Assembly (NCBI GenBank): GCA_020184695.1
Contig: JAANOX010000032.1
Coordinates: 186,001-250,000, forward strand
DNA from: Histomonas meleagridis 2922-C6/04-290x
Lineage: Eukaryota; Protista; Parabasalia
Length of the DNA: 64,000 nt
Direction: 5' to 3'
The notes under the pieces: generated by a model
The model's database searches: none
Told to the model about the DNA's origin: nothing
What the model saw: only the letters and a program-made list of their open reading frames with translations
Program-made: the position numbers and the translations under genes
Part shown: in pieces, positions 56,853-64,000 of the stretch
Position numbering within the stretch: position 1 is the stretch's first letter
Layout: each line of letters begins with the position of its first letter

Positions 56853-57773
56853 GTATGAAAATTTTCAATAAAGTAATGATATGTAAATTAAAGTGCACTA
56901 ACGTCTTTTTTGCTTTTTTTTTTTTGTTTTTTAATAATGTGTTGTGTATTATCAAGAATTAAAGTAAGATAATATTAATCCAAGGTAACATGTTGCGTTT
57001 GTTTAAAAGACGAAATATCAATCTTTTGTATTTTGATGAAATATATTTACTTATAATTACTCTAATTTTTTTTTTTTTATTCTATAATATCAGAAGTCAC
57101 TTACTTTATTCAATATTACATTATACTTTATTCAATATTTATATCAAATTCATCAGTTTTGAAAGATATAATACAAATAAAAGGCCTAGAACCAATCTAA
57201 ATAAAGAAAGAGAAATATCATTCAAATAAATTATGCTTTTAATCAAATAATTGATTAATCCATCACCCAAGAAAAACTCGTTTATACATATGTTTTAATG
57301 GCCTTCATGTTGCATTAATTTATAATATCCTTTTTTATATCAATGATATAAGCATTTACTGATACAGGGAGATGACGCCAAAATAATAGAAAATATACTG
57401 ATGAATGCGAAAATTTCGAAATGTTCAACATATTTAAACAAAATATTCAATATTTACAGATGCATTGATGTTTATTCATTGGGGGTTATCTTTCTTATCT
57501 ATATGAAAATAAAATAAAAATATTTTTTAGGGAAAATATGATTTTTACCAAAGTTATCAACAAATACTTAAATGTTTTATTCTAAGGTAATAATAAAGAT
57601 TTTGTTATAAATGTTAAAATTTGAATTTGTTCATTTGAAATTTCAATACCAGTGTACTTTGCTTACATATAATATTCATTGATATTAAAATCTCGAAAAC
57701 AAAACACAGCGCATTTTGAACGATCACATAAATATTAACAGCAACATAAAAAAGTATCGAACAAACAAACAAT

Positions 57774-59726
57774 TTATTTATTATCATTAATAAACATATC
57801 GAAAATATTTTTTCTGTATCTTTCCAATATATTATTCGCTCTAACTGATGCCCTCATCATATTAACCAAATTACTTGGGTGCAAATATCGCTGCTGTTGC
57901 ACCTGCTGTTGATTGGCAACTCCGTTTTCATTGTTTTCAGCTCTCGCTATGAAATTTAAGAAACTTTGTTTGTATTGGGAAAACAATTTGTTGAATTTTG
58001 GACTTTTATCATCTTCACATACTTTCATTTGCTTCTTTAGATCATTTATAACATTTTGATCCAAATGAATTCGTTTCATGTCAAATCTTAATGCCATGGC
58101 CAAAGAGCATAATGCTTCACATCGAACTATTTCGACGCTATCATTAAGTTCTCTGATCAGATATGGTATGGCCGTTATGTCTCTTGTATAGCCTAATGCA
58201 AATACTGCAGAAATTCGTATGTCAATTCGATTACTATTTAATAATGGAATGAATGACTCTGCATACTTCTTATCTGTGATAAACGCATCCGATTTTTGAA
58301 CTATTAACCCAAATAATATTAATGAATATGGTGCACATTTTTTACAATATTCTTGACAAAGTCCTAATAAACTGGTTTGATTAGGTAAGGTACGTGTAGT
58401 AATTGAACAACATAAGGTTAACATTGCTGACGTCAACACAGAAGTCTTTAATTTTGGAATTTCAGTGATGATTTTGTCGAGATCGGTAACCTCCGTTGTA
58501 GAGTCCAGAAAAAGTTTAGCTAATGTCAAAAAGTGGATTTTTGATGGTTTTCTTATTGAAATCAGACGGTTGACGATTTCGGTTTGAATGAATGATGGGA
58601 TTTGTTTAAGTTTTCTCTCAACAATTATGTATATTATTTTGGATGACAATGAAACATAACTGGTAGTGGTAATAAGATAGAAGAGTAATGGCAAATGATG
58701 TATCATTGGAAAGTTTAACATGGAATGAAGTAATTGATCAAATATTGATGATAAATTTGAAATACGAAATTCGCCTTGTTGAACAAACAAAGTGTCCAGA
58801 ATAAGATCCCAATAGCCCCAAAGCTCCGAATTTGCTGTGTTCGGGGTTTCTGGAAAAGAACAAGTGTGAACATTAAAAAAGTTTAGAATTCGAGTGGCAA
58901 GAATAAAGCCAATAGTAATATGCCGAAGTGTCTGGTCACCAGTCATTAAAGATTCATAGATAATTGGTGAAAATGATGACATTGCAATTGAATCAATAAT
59001 TGAATTTAGAAATTTGGTGACAAAAGGTTCTGTATTTTTGGTTATCCCACGCTGCGAGGAGGAAGGAAGTAATGATTTAATGGAGTGAAACCAAATTGCT
59101 GATTCGGATGGAAATAGTATTGAACTACTGAGAATGTCAAGAGGAAGTGATGGTGCAGAAGGAAGAACCTCTCCCTCACGGCATGCCATAAAAGCAACTA
59201 TATCGATGTCATTGATTAATCGATTTAGAGATGGAATTAATGAGCCTGCATTATTAGAATCGATAATAAGAGCTACTGGTGAACGAGATTTACCAATAAC
59301 TGTGTCAAGAGAGAGGCCTCTATATGTATTATGGCATGAATTAAAAAAATATAATTGTCCATTAACAGGTGGCTTACTACCTTGGCCAAAATAATGAATA
59401 ACAATCCTCTCGTTTAATCCACGTTGTGATGCTGTGGCTATTAATGAGGTAACTTCATGTGTGGTTGGATCAATTTTATCAATGCAATCACAAAATAAAA
59501 TCTTTTTGTAATGTTCGCCAATAGAAAGAATTGTTTCTGGAGCAAAAAGAGCTGGGTTGTAATTAATTAGTGGTGAAAAACAAATGGTTTGTGGTTTTCT
59601 TGTTAATCGACGTATTGAAGGAAGACGAAAGCCATCAAATAAACACATAAACACAAAGGCACGCTTTGAGACGACATGATTTCCTGCTACTGAGATATCA
59701 GAAGATGTGTGTCGCCTATGGTTCAT
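57774..59726 (-). CDS. Raptor N-terminal (RNC) plus ARM/HEAT protein lacking the WD40 propeller
   Basis: ERIVIHYFGQG..PP.NG.LYFFN, PVALIID..NAG, FMAC...EVLP..PSLPLDILSS.ILFP..SAIWF, LW..WDL..D. Confidence 0.85.
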   Translation of the reverse strand: MNHRRHTSSDISVAGNHVVSKRAFVFMCLFDGFRLPSIRRLTRKPQTICFSPLINYNPALFAPETILSIGEHYKKILFCDCIDKIDPTTHEVTSLIATASQRGLNERIVIHYFGQGSKPPVNGQLYFFNSCHNTYRGLSLDTVIGKSRSPVALIIDSNNAGSLIPSLNRLINDIDIVAFMACREGEVLPSAPSLPLDILSSSILFPSESAIWFHSIKSLLPSSSQRGITKNTEPFVTKFLNSIIDSIAMSSFSPIIYESLMTGDQTLRHITIGFILATRILNFFNVHTCSFPETPNTANSELWGYWDLILDTLFVQQGEFRISNLSSIFDQLLHSMLNFPMIHHLPLLFYLITTTSYVSLSSKIIYIIVERKLKQIPSFIQTEIVNRLISIRKPSKIHFLTLAKLFLDSTTEVTDLDKIITEIPKLKTSVLTSAMLTLCCSITTRTLPNQTSLLGLCQEYCKKCAPYSLILFGLIVQKSDAFITDKKYAESFIPLLNSNRIDIRISAVFALGYTRDITAIPYLIRELNDSVEIVRCEALCSLAMALRFDMKRIHLDQNVINDLKKQMKVCEDDKSPKFNKLFSQYKQSFLNFIARAENNENGVANQQQVQQQRYLHPSNLVNMMRASVRANNILERYRKNIFDMFINDNK

Positions 59727-60151
59727 GGGAAAATCTTCGTTGAGGTTGTGTATGATGTCACTTTCTGGAACAAATTCGAACGATTAAAAAGCATTTAAAT
59801 TGTGGTTTGTTTCTGGATACATTAAAATTTGTTAAAAAAGCTAAATGAAGTTGTAAGTGTGAATTCTTTTAGCGACATTATTAGAAAAGAAACAAGAAAT
59901 TCCAAAAACTCAGAATTTAGCCACAATCTTTATCTTTTCTTATGAAGTTTTGGAATTTTTCCTTTACTAAAGTTTTCATTTGATTGTGAACAACTAATTT
60001 GTATTTGTTCATTTGTATTAGTTCTTCGAACAATCCAAATGAGATTGTAATAATATATACACATTTAATTCTAAAAAATCATTTATTAAAATCAATTCTA
60101 TCGTTCTTTCAATATACAAACAGACTTCAGAAATTGCCACTTTTTGATAAT

Positions 60152-61327
60152 TCATTCAGCTTCTTCTTCTTCATTTCTATTTTTTAATTTCAGTTCTAAT
60201 AAAGAAGCTGCTGATGTTGTAACCAACAATACATTTCTCAAATCCGAACACATAATTGAAAGCACAGCACCATTTTCCACAACCAAATTTCTATATATAG
60301 ATCTAAATGTATTTAAATCCCATGCTTGTAACTCAGCATTTCTAGACCCACACCACAAGTTACCGACATTATCAAACTCAACACACGTCGGAGTGCTCGA
60401 ATGCCGATAGAACTGACAAACCGCCGAGACCGTTTGTCTGACATCAAAAAGTTTAACAGCGCGATCGCTTCCTGCGGAGGCAATGAGGTTCTCTGAGAAC
60501 TTAGAAAACTTAGAAGATGTGATGTAGTTGGAATGCGCTTGAAACTTGATGGCTTCATTTTGTTGTCGGTTATCAAATATATAGATTTGACCATTAGACA
60601 TGGAAAGAGAAACCATAGATTCATTTAAATTTGTTGAGAGACTAGTGGCTTCATGTGGAAGTTTGATTTCATAATATTGTTGTGATTTAATGAGATCATA
60701 TGTTAACAATTTTTGATCAATCCCTGACGTAACTAATGTTTTTCCATCAGATGAAAATAAAACTCCGGTTATGGTTGACTTGTGACCAGAAAGTGATGAA
60801 ACAAATAAGTTTTTTTCGGAATCATATAAATGAAGAGTGTTATAATGCGAAATTCCACAAAGAACATCAGATGGATGGAATGCCATTGCACGAATGTATG
60901 CACTTTGATTTCCTATTCTTAATTTAGTAAACTGGGAAATAACTTCGTTATTAAAATTATTTGTTGGCATTAAAAATGCCATTGATAATGCTCCCATCAA
61001 AATTTTTTCACCATCCCAACTTTGTGTTAGCGAACTAATTTGTGTTGGTGTTGTAAAAATTTTTTCGTCTGAATTTTGATTTGATGTATGGAAAAACCCA
61101 CGCTCATTCATACCAGGGTTATAATCAAGTGGAACAGGGATTCCATCAGCATAATCTTGCGGCTGTATTTTTTCGATATGTTTTTCGAAAGATTTCATTT
61201 CAATTTTAGAATTTTGTATATATTGCCTTAAAATTCCAAATGTATTATTACTATGAACCAAAGATTGATATTCATTTATAAATTTCTTGAATTCATCCGG
61301 CTCAGGAAGAATTAATTGATGTTCCAT
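60152..61327 (-). CDS. WD40-repeat protein
   Basis: GHKSTITGVLFSSDG..LVTSGID, AHSNYITSSKF...IASAGSDRAVKLFD, HSSTPTCVEFD. Confidence 0.85.
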   Translation of the reverse strand: MEHQLILPEPDEFKKFINEYQSLVHSNNTFGILRQYIQNSKIEMKSFEKHIEKIQPQDYADGIPVPLDYNPGMNERGFFHTSNQNSDEKIFTTPTQISSLTQSWDGEKILMGALSMAFLMPTNNFNNEVISQFTKLRIGNQSAYIRAMAFHPSDVLCGISHYNTLHLYDSEKNLFVSSLSGHKSTITGVLFSSDGKTLVTSGIDQKLLTYDLIKSQQYYEIKLPHEATSLSTNLNESMVSLSMSNGQIYIFDNRQQNEAIKFQAHSNYITSSKFSKFSENLIASAGSDRAVKLFDVRQTVSAVCQFYRHSSTPTCVEFDNVGNLWCGSRNAELQAWDLNTFRSIYRNLVVENGAVLSIMCSDLRNVLLVTTSAASLLELKLKNRNEEEEAE

Positions 61328-61966
61328 AAATTTTTTAGATCCTATTCAAATTCATAAGGTACAAAACGACATTTTCTGTAATAATCAGTCCAATTTAACG
61401 GTCTCTGTTAACAGCAATTTTTGAAAGCATTGAAAAAGTGAAGATGGGGTCGGAGCCGACTTCGATGTGGAAGTAGTATTTAGCTAAATAATATAGGCAT
61501 TCTGCCACAACCAACTCTAAAATGCACAAAAGGTAGTCATCATCTAAGAATAAATTCCGAATTCGGAATCTCATTTTTTGTGAGATATAATTATCTCAAT
61601 TAAAAAGCTTTAAAGGGTTCGTTCAAAAAACGACACTGTTATATTGATCATTCGTAAAAATTTATATAAAAAATATTTTCAAAAAAGAATCAAATATTTT
61701 TAAATATTAAATAAATAAAGACCAGCGCCACTTAATATAAAAAGTTGCATTCGCATAAATTATGGAGAAGTTATTTTCACTTTTTCTCAAAAATTACAAT
61801 AAAAATGAAAAAAGATAATAGTTTAAAAAATAAACATATCTAAATGCAACATTACTACACAGGAAATATGATATGAAAGGGCCAATTGCACAAAATGACA
61901 TTTTCACATCAAAAAAAAATTTCCGTTTAAAAAAGTTTGATGCTTTAAATCTTTCAATATTTATTA

Positions 61967-64000
61967 TTACTCAAATACTTTTTGTGGAACTTGTATTGTT
62001 TCCACGCATGGCATTGCCCCGTATACGTAGGATACTCTTATAGACATAGCTAAAGGCCTATATTGTAATCCCGAAGTTGTCTTAGAACCATTATTCTTCC
62101 AATAAGTGATTTGACTTATTGGCATTTGACTCAAAGGCTGCAAAGCGTTACCAGATGGAGGTTGGCTCTGTGATATCCAACCATCAGTCGCAGCGTATTG
62201 TATTGCCATATTTGTTATAGTCATTTCGCTTGTATTAAATATTGATATTCTGATTGCCGCCATATTATTATTACCAGGCGTCCACTTAACTTCCAAAAAT
62301 ATCCTTAAGTCCTTATTAAATATTTCATGTGCGTCAGGTGGCACATTAATTTTCATTTGCTTTTGCGCATTATTACCATTATTACCATTATTTTGTTGTT
62401 GATTTGCAGCAATTAGCAAAAGATCATTACTATTACTATTATTACTATTATTATTAGATATTAAATCACCTAACAAATCATCAATTAAATTGTTCGAATT
62501 ATTACTATTATTTTGTTGCGAATTAGAATTATTAGTTACGTTATCATTACTCATCCAATTATCGATATCAATTAACTTATTATTATTTTGTTGCGTTTGA
62601 TTTTGTTGTATCTGCGGTTGCCCATCTTCATTTAGTTCTTCTTCATACGGTGGAACAGGTGCCAACAAATTCTCCGCGTTATTTGTTTGCGAGATGATCC
62701 TTAAGTATTCGCCAGATCTTTGTTGGATATCCAAGTCATTATTTCTCGAGCCTTTCTTCAATGCTTCGATTACTTGTTGATTATTATTACTTCCATTTGG
62801 TGACCTCGTAGACAACTTCGCTAATGCCGTAAGTATATACGACTTCGTTTCTTTCGACGTCTGCGGTAACTTTAATATTTGAAGAAATGTCTTCTCGACT
62901 TCTTCATTATATTCGCCATATTCGCCTAATATCCATGAGCCAACTTGAACAAGCGATTGCACAGTCGACGATTCCTGTATTATTGGCAATAACTTAGACA
63001 CTGCATATGTTTGCATCGACTTGGAGCGACTTATGATTTTGCACACAGACGATATGATATCTGATTTGACATATCCGCCGGACTCCTTTAGAATCTGCAA
63101 AATCATGTCAAAGTTCCACTTCTCGTTCGGAGAGAAGCGCTGTATCGCAATGAAAACTCGACTGACAAGTTCAACTCGGAATTCGGAATCCGCATAATGT
63201 AAATATTTGATGATCTCCGGAACAAGACGTTCGGCATTGTTCACGTCAATAAGAGCTGATATTACATCCAGTGCACGACGTCGGATGGATACATCTGGAT
63301 TATCAAGACATCTGACAATTTGTCCTTTATGTCGCTGTAATGCTAATGCGTCTGATCCTGTTCTATCTAAGATGTCTCTGTTTGCGTATAAGACTCTGGA
63401 GAAGACATTTAATGCGCTATATAACATATTTGGATCTTGTGAATTTAACAATTTTCCGATTTGGTTAAATGCCAAAGTACGTAATGAAGGCTGCTTGCCA
63501 ACGCATACTATTGTTTGCACTGCCTGTAACAATACTGCTCTACTATCAGATCTTCGCATATCTGCTGATGAAACTATTGACGCTAATACTTCGTCGAGTT
63601 CATCAGAGGGTGATCGTAAGAGCTGCAGTATCTCCAATACTTTGATCTGAAGAAAAGGGTCCGATGGTTCACTCGCAGAACGTGAGGAGACGTTAAGCGA
63701 TCGTAAAATTTTGACAAAAGCGGTTGTGAAACGTGCCCAGTTTTGACTGAGGTGTGGTTGGGCGCGGAGCATTTCGATGACGATCCCGATTCCTGATAAG
63801 ACAACGCTGTGTGATGTGTCGTTAAGTAACAAATGGACATGTGGCTGAAATGTCTCTGTCGACTCTGGTAATTTTTTGATAATTCGGATAACGGCCATGG
63901 CCGCACGTTTTTTGAGAAAAGGATCACTGAACTCGAGGATCTTATGGACCTCCGTTGATAATGAACGACATATTTCGGTGGAACCTAAATTTGCGATGAG
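61967..64000 (-). CDS. AP1G1: AP-1 complex gamma-adaptin (5' end outside window)
   Basis: Frame is open to 64000 (LIANLGSTEICRSLSTEV...KKRAAMAVIR); DPFLQIKVL, DVSIRRRALD, DIQQRS.EY, N-rich hinge and ear domain. Confidence 0.9.
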   Translation of the reverse strand, partial: LIANLGSTEICRSLSTEVHKILEFSDPFLKKRAAMAVIRIIKKLPESTETFQPHVHLLLNDTSHSVVLSGIGIVIEMLRAQPHLSQNWARFTTAFVKILRSLNVSSRSASEPSDPFLQIKVLEILQLLRSPSDELDEVLASIVSSADMRRSDSRAVLLQAVQTIVCVGKQPSLRTLAFNQIGKLLNSQDPNMLYSALNVFSRVLYANRDILDRTGSDALALQRHKGQIVRCLDNPDVSIRRRALDVISALIDVNNAERLVPEIIKYLHYADSEFRVELVSRVFIAIQRFSPNEKWNFDMILQILKESGGYVKSDIISSVCKIISRSKSMQTYAVSKLLPIIQESSTVQSLVQVGSWILGEYGEYNEEVEKTFLQILKLPQTSKETKSYILTALAKLSTRSPNGSNNNQQVIEALKKGSRNNDLDIQQRSGEYLRIISQTNNAENLLAPVPPYEEELNEDGQPQIQQNQTQQNNNKLIDIDNWMSNDNVTNNSNSQQNNSNNSNNLIDDLLGDLISNNNSNNSNSNDLLLIAANQQQNNGNNGNNAQKQMKINVPPDAHEIFNKDLRIFLEVKWTPGNNNMAAIRISIFNTSEMTITNMAIQYAATDGWISQSQPPSGNALQPLSQMPISQITYWKNNGSKTTSGLQYRPLAMSIRVSYVYGAMPCVETIQVPQKVFE

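Overview
AT-rich, gene-dense, essentially intronless eukaryotic DNA. The organism is inferred to be a parabasalid (Trichomonas/Tritrichomonas-like), based on an initiator-binding-domain (IBD) gene, a BspA-type LRR gene, a DUF3447-like remnant, Myb, BEACH and kinase family members, and Inr/M3/M5-like promoter motifs. The window holds about 27 protein-coding loci (DOCK-like GEF, Rab, cathepsin B-like, CRIB-STE20 kinase, PAAF1-like, DmX/Rav1-like, RCC1, Sar1-like, formin, S28-like, RPA2, CAMKL kinase, RasGAP-like, SF1/BBP, eL42, CASP-like golgin, Myb, NEK, Raptor-N, WD40, gamma-adaptin and others) and two tRNA genes (Leu-AAG, Met-CAT). An accessory zone at about 37.5-52 kb contains disrupted genes, an 842-bp TIR element with a 6-bp TSD inserted into a BEACH-WD40 gene, and a decayed non-LTR retrotransposon starting just behind the tRNA-Met. 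The strongest leads are: ankyrin repeats separated by two exactly 80-nt intron-like spacers; an eL42 lacking the conserved GGQ loop; a C2-TerD fusion split by one in-frame TAA; an IBD protein with a possible Cbl/STAT-like EF-SH2 tail; a NEK kinase fused to a pseudo-Rab domain; and the tRNA-adjacent retroelement. All assignments come from motif recognition by eye; no database search, folding or read check was run.
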